A stretch of DNA of 64,000 nt from a virus (Duplodnaviria; Caudoviricetes). Position 1 is the first letter of the stretch, and the number at the start of each line of letters is the position of its first letter. The notes beneath the pieces are model-generated. The model ran no database searches. It saw only the letters and a list, made by a program, of their open reading frames with translations, and was not told the origin of the DNA. The position numbers and the translations under genes are program-made. Location of the stretch: IMG/VR virus record IMGVR_UViG_3300022555_000004; one strand, 5' to 3'. Below are positions 27,835 through 36,161 of this stretch, piece by piece.

Positions 27835-28002
27835 AAAAATTCCCCTCTCTATATATTACCCACACATTATCCTCACTGTGAGGTTACTTGTGGCTACATA
27901 GTTGGATTGGTGTATGCCTCCATTGACATATCTGCCGTTATCCTTGACTTTTTCTCTTATTATACAACACTTTTTGGAAAAAGTCAAGGATTATTATTTA
28001 CT

Positions 28003-28073
28003 TGGAACCCTTGTCGGGACTCGAACCCGCCGGCAAGACAGGCCCTCATTACTTCTTTTTCCAAGACCGTTCC
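28003..28073 (-). ncRNA. tRNA-like RNA with extended acceptor stem and T arm, no D or anticodon arm
   Basis: GGAAC(GG)UCUUG/CAAGG-GUUCC, CGGG-UUCGAGU-CCCG, ends UCCA. Confidence 0.5.
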
Positions 28074-28076
28074 TCT

Positions 28077-28310
28077 TTAACTCCGTTTTATTTCATATTT
28101 TTCACAAGCATCAATTGCCTCTTGTAGAGTATCAAAACCACTATACACAATTGAACCATTAATTCTTTTACCGTCATGATATGCCCAGTAACCATCTTTT
28201 TGTGTTTTTTCCCAGCCACCGCCATAAGTATAATGGAATAGATGGATACTATACAAACCGCTTTTCCATACCATGTAACAGGAATCACTATCAACTTTTT
28301 GAAATTTCAT
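28077..28310 (-). CDS. Hypothetical protein
   Basis: Overlaps upstream gene; F.TLQEAIDACE ending. Confidence 0.7.
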   Translation of the reverse strand: MKFQKVDSDSCYMVWKSGLYSIHLFHYTYGGGWEKTQKDGYWAYHDGKRINGSIVYSGFDTLQEAIDACEKYEIKRS

Positions 28311-28479
28311 TATTTTTTTCCTTTAGTAATTTATTCATACAGATTAAAGCATCCATATCTTGCTTCATACCACGCAATAATAATTCGGATACAAAATCAA
28401 CGCCTTCAAAACGTCCGAAAAACAATTGTTCACGGAACCGTTTTAACAACATTTTGTTATTCAATTCTTTTAAATCCAT
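28291..28479 (-). CDS. Hypothetical protein
   Basis: Own sigma70 promoter upstream. Confidence 0.65.
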   Translation of the reverse strand: MDLKELNNKMLLKRFREQLFFGRFEGVDFVSELLLRGMKQDMDALICMNKLLKEKNNEISKS

Positions 28480-28555
28480 ATCACTATCTCACTTTTTCCT
28501 TTGATTATAACACAAATCCTTGGATTTGTCAAGTGAAATTATTTACCTGTATGCT

Positions 28556-29704
28556 CTATTTTTTTATCAATCTAAATTTTGAATCCTTACCAAATGCTGT
28601 AGCATTTGATATAAATTCTTCTTCTGTTTGGCCAATCCATCGAAATATATTATGTGTTTTTGTTGTTGGCAAAAATCCGTGCATAAAGGTATACATCCTT
28701 GTTACACCTTTCACCAATTCATCCGTCCACTTATCACCGATATAAGAATTTCTTTTTAATGCAGTCAATGGTTCATATCTTTGTGGAAACAAAAAAATTG
28801 TTCTCCCAACATCATCTGTCATTTGTTGTGCTTTGATAATTCTTTTCCAAAAATCACTAGGACTATCCTTCCAATTAAATAACATATAACAAAAGAAACC
28901 TGCTTTTACTTTATATTTTTCGACATATTCTAACGCACGTCTGATATGCTTTTCGTATCCAATGAAATCAAAACTAAACCTCAAATATGCTGTTCCTTTT
29001 TCCTTTTGCGCCCCCCATTTCAATTCGCTAAATCTTTTTGCTTGATGTTCAGTAAATGACGATACATGAAGGCCATGTATGTCAACAGGTAAACCAAATT
29101 CAATCAGTTCATCTACTATATTATCAAAATATTCGTGTTCAGTGAAGTTATTATCATATAGAACAACACTTGTAGCATCAGGAATTTCCAATATGCCTTT
29201 TTGTAAAATGTTCTTTATAGATTTAAATGATTTCATACATCCTTCTAATGTAGGAACGGCACAATAACCACATTTATTTACACATCCTCTTGATGCATAT
29301 AAAACAATTTTTTTCGAGTCTGGACATACTGAATATTTTGGTGTCAAATTTTCTATTTCTTCACACATCCCACTAACAACCGTCACTTTACCTCTTGATA
29401 AAAATGGATTGGATGGAAATGTAGTATTGAACCACTCTGGATTTAAAGTAGGAAACGAACCACCTACAATTATTTCCGCCTGTGGATATTTTGTTCTATA
29501 AAAATTAATTGTATCCTTATATATTTCTGAATAAAACGAAAAAATGCACGAAATAAGTATCTTATCAGGTATAAACATTTCAGGGCTTTTACCGATAACA
29601 TACTTATATTCATGTTTATTTTGTTCGCACCATTCTGCCCATTTCATCAAGGCTATATTAGGTGCTATTGATTTAACCGATGGTTCAACTATAAGATATT
29701 TCAT
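28556..29704 (-). CDS. Radical SAM protein
   Basis: SRGCVNKCGYC (CxxxCxxC); YDNNF. Confidence 0.9.
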   Translation of the reverse strand: MKYLIVEPSVKSIAPNIALMKWAEWCEQNKHEYKYVIGKSPEMFIPDKILISCIFSFYSEIYKDTINFYRTKYPQAEIIVGGSFPTLNPEWFNTTFPSNPFLSRGKVTVVSGMCEEIENLTPKYSVCPDSKKIVLYASRGCVNKCGYCAVPTLEGCMKSFKSIKNILQKGILEIPDATSVVLYDNNFTEHEYFDNIVDELIEFGLPVDIHGLHVSSFTEHQAKRFSELKWGAQKEKGTAYLRFSFDFIGYEKHIRRALEYVEKYKVKAGFFCYMLFNWKDSPSDFWKRIIKAQQMTDDVGRTIFLFPQRYEPLTALKRNSYIGDKWTDELVKGVTRMYTFMHGFLPTTKTHNIFRWIGQTEEEFISNATAFGKDSKFRLIKK

Positions 29705-29705
29705 A

Positions 29706-30272
29706 TTATATCAATCTCTCCGTTCCCTCTGGCCATTCGCCATCATTTGTTTTTTTCCAATGAAAAAGGTCATTATGAATCATCCATTGTTCAGGCTTTG
29801 AACCATATAATTGTTGTAATTTCTCTCTTTTTGTTTTTCCACCAGCAATAATAACTTCATCCATATGGTTTATAATATACTTTGTAAAATCTTCTTTTGA
29901 AATGATAAAAACTTGTATATCATTTGGTTCTACCGTTAAAAAAGACAGATAATCATATTTTTGTTCTTGCCTAATTTGAAAGAATGTATATGTATTTGCT
30001 TTTAAACTAAGGCACGATCCTTTTAATTCAACTTTTGAACCATTAGTTAGGTTGTCTATGCGATAATCATAGTCGCTTTCTTTTTTATTTCTAATTTGAA
30101 GTTTCCATCCAGCATCAATAAGAAGCAACTTGACAAATTCTTCCATATCTGCTCCCTTTGTTTTTGGTGATTGTCTGAATATCCATTCGTTTCTGGAATC
30201 AATCCATGCACCAACCTTTTTCAATCTTTTTTCTTTTACTTTATCAACTATTGCCCATTGTCGTTTATTCAT
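29706..30272 (-). CDS. PD-(D/E)xK restriction-endonuclease-like protein
   Basis: DYDYRI...KVELKGS...FFQIR..Q.YD pattern. Confidence 0.5.
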   Translation of the reverse strand: MNKRQWAIVDKVKEKRLKKVGAWIDSRNEWIFRQSPKTKGADMEEFVKLLLIDAGWKLQIRNKKESDYDYRIDNLTNGSKVELKGSCLSLKANTYTFFQIRQEQKYDYLSFLTVEPNDIQVFIISKEDFTKYIINHMDEVIIAGGKTKREKLQQLYGSKPEQWMIHNDLFHWKKTNDGEWPEGTERLI

Positions 30273-30364
30273 ATATATCTCACTTTTTCCTTTGATTATA
30301 ACATAAATCCAAGGATTTGTCAACATAAAATAAAACCCCATGATATCATGGGGTTTCCTTATTT

Positions 30365-30438
30365 TGGTGCAACCGGCGGGAGTCGAACCCGCCTTTACTG
30401 GTTAAAGCCAGTTACTAAACCAGATCAGTTACGGCTGC
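30365..30438 (-). tRNA. tRNA-Lys (TTT)-like with 6-nt anticodon loop (possible 1-nt deletion error)
   Basis: ACUGG-CUUUAA-CCAGU; other arms canonical; CCA. Confidence 0.7.
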
Positions 30439-30443
30439 ATGTT

Positions 30444-30572
30444 TGGTAGGGTGTGCTTGGAATTGAACCAAGCGGCCACGTCATTATCAGTGAAGTAACT
30501 CTTATCTACACCACCGAATGGGGAACAAACGACAAAAGAAATTATCGTGCTCTAACACTGAGCTAACACCCT
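30444..30572 (-). tRNA. tRNA-Ile (GAT) interrupted by a 52-nt hairpin insertion (30494-30545)
   Basis: Removing the insert restores CGUCA-CU-GAU-AA-UGACG; acceptor, D and T arms intact; CCA. Confidence 0.75.
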
Positions 30573-30581
30573 ATATTGTTT

Positions 30582-30655
30582 TGGTCTGCGATCAAGGAGT
30601 TGAACCTTGTACATACGGGCCCAGGCCGTAGATGTCACCCATACACCAATCGCAG
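30582..30655 (-). tRNA. tRNA-Pro (TGG)
   Basis: C1 start; UACGG-CC-UGG-GC-CCGUA; CCA. Confidence 0.8.
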
Positions 30656-31178
30656 ATTATTTGAAATTTTTTCTAAATTTTTAATTACGTTTTTTGCTTT
30701 TATTCTATAAACACTATACCATACTTTTCTTTGCCTGTCAAGGAATTTTCTAATAAAAATGGGTTATAGAACACAAGTTTTAAATATCCTTATTTCCATT
30801 CTTTATCAGTAAACCACTGGATATTACTTATGATTTACTAACAAGGCGTTCTCTATAAGATTTCGTATAACTGGATGCCGAAGCATCATAACCCATTTTT
30901 GACAATAAAAAACGCCCAAACTTTTTAGGAGCATGGGCGGTTTTTGTGTACCTGTGTTGGAACTCGGCTAAAACACAAACCTCCACGCTTCCCTATAATA
31001 ATTTTTAGGTTCTTCTATGAGTATCGGTTTTGGCCCTAGTTCATTAAACATTTTTCTTCTTTCCTTTTCAATTAAAATTGCATAGAGGACTCATTTAATA
31101 TAATTTCTATGATTTGAGGCGGAGTCCTCTAGGTATGAATAATATTCTACCCTATTAATTTGCCTCACTGATTATTAT

Positions 31179-31772
31179 TTATAACATATTATTTTTCTTT
31201 GTCAACACTTTATTTTCTTTTATTCTATAATGTTTATTTATGAATGTTGTAATATTATTTGACCATAAAAGAGGCGCTTCCCCTTTGATTTTATTAGTAT
31301 CCTGTGGCCAATCCCACCAAGCAATATCTAATAATTTTTCAATAATATCCAGTTCAAATCTATACTTTACAACTCTTGCTGGATTACCAACTACTATAGA
31401 ATACGCAGGAATGTCTTTTGTGACCACAGAACCCGCCCCAACGACAGCCCCACTATGGATTGTGACGCCTGATAAAATTATAGATTTTGCTCCTATCCAA
31501 ACATCATTTTCAATTTGAATATTTCCTTTACATGCTGGATGACCTATATCCATATGCATTTTAGCAATTTCTGGTGTAACAGGCCCCCATAATTGAGAGG
31601 ACGTTGTAATCCAATCTGGCCTATGGTCTGCATGTAAAAAAAATGATGTTCCTCTACCTATGGAACAATATTTTCCAACTAATATTTTATATTGGTCAGA
31701 CCAACTTATGATTTCAATTTCTCTATCATAATATGACCCGATATTCATATGTAATAAATGTTCGTTTTCCAT
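31179..31772 (-). CDS. CatB/Vat-related hexapeptide-repeat O-acetyltransferase
   Basis: [44 protein letters not shown]. Confidence 0.9.
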   Translation of the reverse strand: MENEHLLHMNIGSYYDREIEIISWSDQYKILVGKYCSIGRGTSFFLHADHRPDWITTSSQLWGPVTPEIAKMHMDIGHPACKGNIQIENDVWIGAKSIILSGVTIHSGAVVGAGSVVTKDIPAYSIVVGNPARVVKYRFELDIIEKLLDIAWWDWPQDTNKIKGEAPLLWSNNITTFINKHYRIKENKVLTKKNNML

Positions 31773-31795
31773 ATTTCCTTATGCACAATAAAAAA

Positions 31796-31932
31796 ATGAC
31801 ATGTCCTGACGGGCGTGCCAGGTTCTATCGGTGTGTCATGTCACCGAGCAAATTTGTTTCCGAAGACCAATTCGGTTCCATATCGTCAGAGTTTGCTTAG
31901 CTCCTGATTAGCCAGAAGTCAACCGGCGTGTA
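31796..31932 (-). ncRNA. Candidate structured leader or small RNA upstream of the acetyltransferase
   Basis: GC-rich; stems GCCGG/CUGGC, GCAAA/UUUGC, UCGGUG/CACCGA, CUGACG/CGUCAG. Confidence 0.4.
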
Positions 31933-31941
31933 TCAAATATT

Positions 31942-32610
31942 CTATATTTTAATTTTTCGTCCTTTATGCCACCCTTTTTGTAAATATTCATCAATGTTGT
32001 TTTTATCAACTCTAGTACATTCCACATCATTATAAATCCAACATTTGCCGTACATAGGATTTTTAATACCAGACCTATTGATGTTTTTTTGCGTTTGTTT
32101 CATTTTTTCTTTTGTTTCATTTGTGTGGTGTTTGCCTTTAAATGTTTTACCGGAATTTTCTGATCTTCGTTTTTTAATTTCAGGATCATTACTTTTTACA
32201 TATGTCAAAAGTGTTTTTTCATAAGATTTTTTTCCATTTTCACTTCTTTCATTTTTTGTAAGAAGGGCAAGACCATTATCATATCCTTTTTTACCAACCT
32301 CTGTGGCTATTTTTGGATTTTTATATATATGATCCCAACCACCTTCACCGCCTCGTTTCAGATTATAAATCATTTTGTTTTTTACTTCATCATCTGTAAC
32401 CAATTCGGCTTCTTTGTCATCCATGTCTTTTTTGTTATCAAAGACATGAAGGACAATTTTCTCAAAACAATCTTTGCCATACTTGTTTATGGCATGTTTT
32501 AAAATCCTACCAGAACCAAGATATTCATCATAGATATTATCCGTTTGATGTTTACCTATATATGTTTTGCCATTCACCTTGTTTCTAACTTCATATATTG
32601 TGTAGTACAT
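31942..32610 (-). mobile_element. Seg-like GIY-YIG homing endonuclease
   Basis: YTIY...KTYIGKH, YLGSG, NUMOD3; sense TATAAATA at 32631-32638. Confidence 0.9.
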
Positions 32611-32671
32611 AATTTTTTTACCTCTACACCTATTTATAAAAAGTTCGATACTTAGTAAACAAATAATTAAA

Positions 32672-32744
32672 TGGGTGATCGGAGGAAATCGAATCCTCGT
32701 ACTTGGGGCCACGACCCAAGGTTCTTCCATTGAACTACGACCAC
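32672..32744 (-). tRNA. tRNA-His (GTG)
   Basis: UUGGG-UC-GUG-GC-CCCAA; C73. Confidence 0.85.
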
Positions 32745-32794
32745 ATCATGATTATTTGGAACACCCAAAGGCTCAACAAATAATGCTGTTCGTT

Positions 32795-32862
32795 GGGGGA
32801 ACATATCATTGAGTATCTTTCTGGCACAAAAGTTAAGTCAATGAGTGCCATATGTAACCCCC
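32795..32862 (-). ncRNA. Small pseudoknotted RNA between tRNAs
   Basis: GGGGG..ACAUAU/AUAUGU.CCCCC outer stem; GGCAC/GUGCC hairpin whose loop UCAUUGA pairs with UCAAUGA. Confidence 0.5.
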
Positions 32863-32867
32863 GATTT

Positions 32868-32940
32868 TGGTAGCCCATATGGTATCGATCCATAGTCGAA
32901 CGGTTATCATCCGTTTGCTCTTCCATTGAGCTACAGGGCC
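32868..32940 (-). tRNA. tRNA-Ile (GAT)
   Basis: AACGG-AU-GAU-AA-CCGUU; CCA. Confidence 0.88.
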
Positions 32941-32945
32941 ATGTT

Positions 32946-33020
32946 TGGCTGTGGGTAAAGGAATCGAACCTTCATTTTACACGTTAACAGCGTGCTGCAT
33001 TGCCGTTATGCTAACCCACA
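32946..33020 (-). tRNA. tRNA-Asn (GTT)
   Basis: GCACG-CU-GUU-AA-CGUGU; CCA. Confidence 0.92.
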
Positions 33021-33028
33021 ATATTTTT

Positions 33029-33092
33029 TGGTTGCGGACGGTAGTACCACCCTACCCGCTTTCCGGCGAGACACTTTTTCTCCATTTCCGCG
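33029..33092 (-). ncRNA. Anticodon-less tRNA-fMet mimic (64 nt)
   Basis: CGCGG...CCGCA-ACCA with C1:A72 mismatch; D arm shared with 33183-33259; anticodon arm replaced by CCG-GAAA-GCGG. Confidence 0.65.
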
Positions 33093-33104
33093 ATATTTGT
33101 TTTT

Positions 33105-33176
33105 TGGTAGCTAGTCAGGGTGTTGATCCCTATTGAAGAAGGATATGAGCCCTCTTTGATTACCGAATCCCTAGCC
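33105..33176 (-). tRNA. tRNA with CAT anticodon (Met or Ile2), shortened D arm
   Basis: GAGGG-CU-CAU-AU-CCUUC; T loop AUCAACA; CCA. Confidence 0.75.
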
Positions 33177-33182
33177 ATATTT

Positions 33183-33259
33183 TGGTAGCGGGCGCCATTA
33201 CTGCCATGGCTGATTTTCACCTTATGAGAGTGGTGAGACACTTTTTCTCCATGCCCGCA
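33183..33259 (-). tRNA. tRNA-Met (CAT), initiator-like body, degenerate T loop GGCAGUA
   Basis: CCACU-CU-CAU-AA-GGUGA; 1:72 mismatch; CCA. Confidence 0.7.
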
Positions 33260-33319
33260 TAATTTCCTTTATTTATAAAACATTGTAACATAAAATTGTC
33301 ATTTTGTCAAGTAATATTT

Positions 33320-33393
33320 TGGAGAGCCTATACGGAGTTGAACCGTAGTCTAATAGGTTGCAGCTATTCGTAATTCCGTTATACCATAGACTC
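33320..33393 (-). tRNA. tRNA-Cys (GCA)
   Basis: AAUAG-CU-GCA-AC-CUAUU; CCA. Confidence 0.9.
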
Positions 33394-33424
33394 AATATAT
33401 ATTTACCATACTTTTATCAATTTG

Positions 33425-33787
33425 TCAATCATCAATTCCTAATTCTTTTAGTGTAACATAACTTCCATCAGGATTAATCATCCCTGTTTCGCCTACACCG
33501 GGCCTTGGTTTACTGTTCATGCAATAATCATCAAATTCATATTGGTCATATAACAGTTCACAAAGTTCTAAGACATGTTCTTGTCCTTTATTTATAGTTC
33601 TAATAACGAATATCAATATTGCTGTAATTTCATCCAATGCCATTTCATCTGACATTTTCAATAATGTTACCAATTCTTTTAGAAGTTTGCCTACGGATTT
33701 TGTTGCTCCGCCCTGTACCGATCCGGCAGTTTCCCATTCAGCCACATGCTCTTCAATCGCTTTATACGTGCTAGTATCAAGTATCAT
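33425..33787 (-). CDS. Hypothetical protein
   Basis: ORF track; co-oriented. Confidence 0.75.
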   Translation of the reverse strand: MILDTSTYKAIEEHVAEWETAGSVQGGATKSVGKLLKELVTLLKMSDEMALDEITAILIFVIRTINKGQEHVLELCELLYDQYEFDDYCMNSKPRPGVGETGMINPDGSYVTLKELGIDD

Positions 33788-33796
33788 ATCACCATC

Positions 33797-33982
33797 CTAT
33801 ATTTGAATGTAATGTATTTTTTTACCTTTATCTATTGTAGTTGAAACATATTGAAATGTTCGTATAGAACCGTCTTTCATTTTTGCTGTTCCACTGTCTT
33901 TATTTTTTGCTATCAATTCTTCCATGAAATTAAAGAATTTTGAATTTTCTTCAACTGTTAGTATTTTTTTTGTATTTTCCAT
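33797..33982 (-). CDS. Hypothetical protein
   Basis: Start MENTKK with GAGGG RBS. Confidence 0.65.
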   Translation of the reverse strand: MENTKKILTVEENSKFFNFMEELIAKNKDSGTAKMKDGSIRTFQYVSTTIDKGKKIHYIQI

Positions 33983-34039
33983 ATAACGGCCCTCACTTTC
34001 CATAAATTAAATTTTATTAGGGCTGTTTTTTATATCTTA

Positions 34040-34213
34040 TTAGCTATTTATATCAACCAACATCGAATTAAATAGTAACATTAAAGGAAATCCTACCATA
34101 GTGAATGCCAGCCCTTGCCCCATCACTATTCCTAAACCAATTGCTAAAAAACCTCCGACTTGAATTACCCACGACATCAATACCATGAAAATAAACTCTA
34201 ATAGTTCTTTCAT
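34040..34213 (-). CDS. Small membrane protein
   Basis: Hydrophobic; start MKELL. Confidence 0.6.
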   Translation of the reverse strand: MKELLEFIFMVLMSWVIQVGGFLAIGLGIVMGQGLAFTMVGFPLMLLFNSMLVDINS

Positions 34214-34241
34214 ATAATACCTTTTTCCTTGTTTTATTTTA

Positions 34242-34475
34242 TTAACCCCTTCGTTCTTGCCATTCAGGGCACGTTCCATATGGATGAACATCAATAACAT
34301 CATCAAATAATTTACATTCTAGGTCGCCTAAACCCTTACCTTTGCCTGCAAATCCTTCTCTACTATTGATACACGATTGACATATTTTTGGTTGTATGAT
34401 TTTGAACCCTTTGATGCCTTCGCCATACCCTTTATTGTTGCTTGTTTCGCTCAAATATTTTTCTTCAATTTCCAT
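34242..34475 (-). CDS. Cys-rich hypothetical protein
   Basis: CQSC..C..C; MEIEEKYL.E start shared with 61902-62192. Confidence 0.7.
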   Translation of the reverse strand: MEIEEKYLSETSNNKGYGEGIKGFKIIQPKICQSCINSREGFAGKGKGLGDLECKLFDDVIDVHPYGTCPEWQERRG

Positions 34476-34525
34476 AATACCTCCTGTATACAACTTTCAA
34501 AATTGAAAACCGCTAAAGTTGTATT

Positions 34526-34975
34526 TTATTCATCGTCTTCGTCATCTTCATAATATCCATTAGGATCTTCTTCCATAAGATCCTCTTTATTTTCAATGGT
34601 ATCATTATTTATATATTCTTCCAACTTAACGATGTTAGAATACGGAAAAATATCATCAATTAAATATGGTTCAAACAATCGTCTTAATCCATTGAGGTAT
34701 TTCTTTGTCAGATAAACATTTGTGCTTTTTGCTGATTTAGAAACACCACTAAATTTCATATCAATCATAGTTGACAATGGTTCGTTTTGTTTGACTCGTT
34801 TCTTAACCTTCTTGACGCCTTTGCCGGCAGATACAGCAACAGAAGTCGTGGACATACCTGAAAACACTAGCCATTTGAACCCCTGTTTGTTTGCCGTGGA
34901 TTTTGAAAAACTTATTATATTTTTACTATCCAATTCTATATATGGAATGCCTGTTTCTGAATATTTTAATTCCAT
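34526..34975 (-). CDS. Hypothetical protein
   Basis: Start MELKY with RBS. Confidence 0.7.
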   Translation of the reverse strand: MELKYSETGIPYIELDSKNIISFSKSTANKQGFKWLVFSGMSTTSVAVSAGKGVKKVKKRVKQNEPLSTMIDMKFSGVSKSAKSTNVYLTKKYLNGLRRLFEPYLIDDIFPYSNIVKLEEYINNDTIENKEDLMEEDPNGYYEDDEDDE

Positions 34976-35213
34976 CAAAATTCCCTTTCCTTTTACTGTG
35001 TTAGAGCGATCAATGCAATGGTCGTCAGGTACATTGTAATAACCATCAAGGCCGTCTTGCAAAACTTATCAAATTCATAATCAAAAACTGTTTTTTTCAT
35101 CTTTTTCATATTAGTTCCTTTCTTTACTTGATACTGGATTATAACAGATAATCGCTAAAATGTCAAGGAATCATCCGACCCTTACTACCATTGGGCCGCC
35201 CGCGGGTTACAGA

Positions 35214-35274
35214 AAAGGGTTCTTTTTCTGTGTCCAGTTGAAACATTACTGATAGGAGAGAAAAAGAACCCTTT
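35214..35274. repeat. Perfect 16-bp inverted repeat
   Basis: AAAGGGTTCTTTTTCT ... AGAAAAAGAACCCTTT. Confidence 0.85.
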
Positions 35275-35279
35275 ATTTA

Positions 35280-35606
35280 TTATACAATCTTAACAAGGGA
35301 CATGGGAACATTCCAAGTCATGTCGTATCCAAAGCCATCCGAAACTTTAACCTGAACGCGTGTGCGATTGACTTTGACAATCGTGCCCTTTTGATACCCT
35401 TTACGTCCGTTCCATTCGACAATCATGCCAGCACTCAATACTCTTTTGAGGTCGTTTGCCTTTACGTTCCGAACCCATTTTAAACGGGCGATAATCCATT
35501 TGTTTAGCTCCAATAAATCCTGTTCATTAGCTCCATTGTTCAAAATCCCTGTTACCTGTTCAAAAACCTTTGTGTCCATCACGCCATAAGTAGTTTTTTT
35601 AATCAT
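35280..35606 (-). CDS. Hypothetical protein with KOW/SH3-like C-terminus
   Basis: GMIVEW...GTIVKVNRTRVQV...WNVP. Confidence 0.7.
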   Translation of the reverse strand: MIKKTTYGVMDTKVFEQVTGILNNGANEQDLLELNKWIIARLKWVRNVKANDLKRVLSAGMIVEWNGRKGYQKGTIVKVNRTRVQVKVSDGFGYDMTWNVPMSLVKIV

Positions 35607-35855
35607 ATTCTTACCACCTTTCTTTCAGTGTTTTTTCTCTTATTATACAACACTTTTCAGGTTTTGTCAAGCATTTCCTTCATTGTAACCTATTGGTTTT
35701 ATTGATGATATAAATAGAAAAAGAGTCAATGATAGTATCATCAACTCTTTATAAACTTGTTACCCAGCACCACCGTCCCATCTTTTATCGCCCCATCTAT
35801 CTTTTGCTGGTAATTCTTCCCTAGGCGTATCCGAAACAGATATTGTCTTGTTTAA

Positions 35856-35882
35856 AGTGAGGGCCGGATGAAGGCCCTCACT
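35856..35882 (-). terminator. GC-rich hairpin after the small ORF
   Basis: AGTGAGGGCC/GGCCCTCACT 10-bp stem. Confidence 0.6.
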
Positions 35883-35890
35883 CGTTCATC

Positions 35891-36061
35891 TTACAGGATC
35901 TCTTTGATGTCCTTGTAGGGCACATCCAGCACATCCTTGTCATCATTGGCCAGCTCAACCGTGGCATTATACACGTTCTTCTCAATAAGAACACCCTCGA
36001 ACAACTCACCGGCCTTGACAAACTCCACGTTCTGACCATTTTCCAATAGATTTTTCTTCAT
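35891..36061 (-). CDS. 56-aa small beta-barrel-like protein with GC-rich codon usage (missed by ORF track)
   Basis: MKKNLLENGQNVEFVKAGELFEGVLIEKNVYNATVELANDDKDVLDVPYKDIKEIL*; GGGAG RBS; own promoter. Confidence 0.75.
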   Translation of the reverse strand: MKKNLLENGQNVEFVKAGELFEGVLIEKNVYNATVELANDDKDVLDVPYKDIKEIL

Positions 36062-36161
36062 TTTTTTTCTCCCTTTTTAATTTAATTGTTATTTGTTTGT
36101 GTTTCCCTCACTCTTTATAAAACATACTACCTTATTTCTTTTGAAAAGTCAAGAAGTATTT

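Noticed and set aside
30950-31130. RNase P RNA
   Set aside because: Only a GAACTCGGCT-like word; the GAGGAAAGUCC half of P4 is absent upstream.
31850-31900. Hammerhead ribozyme
   Set aside because: CUGACGA and GAAAC are closed by a single stem; stems I and III with an NUH site cannot be built.
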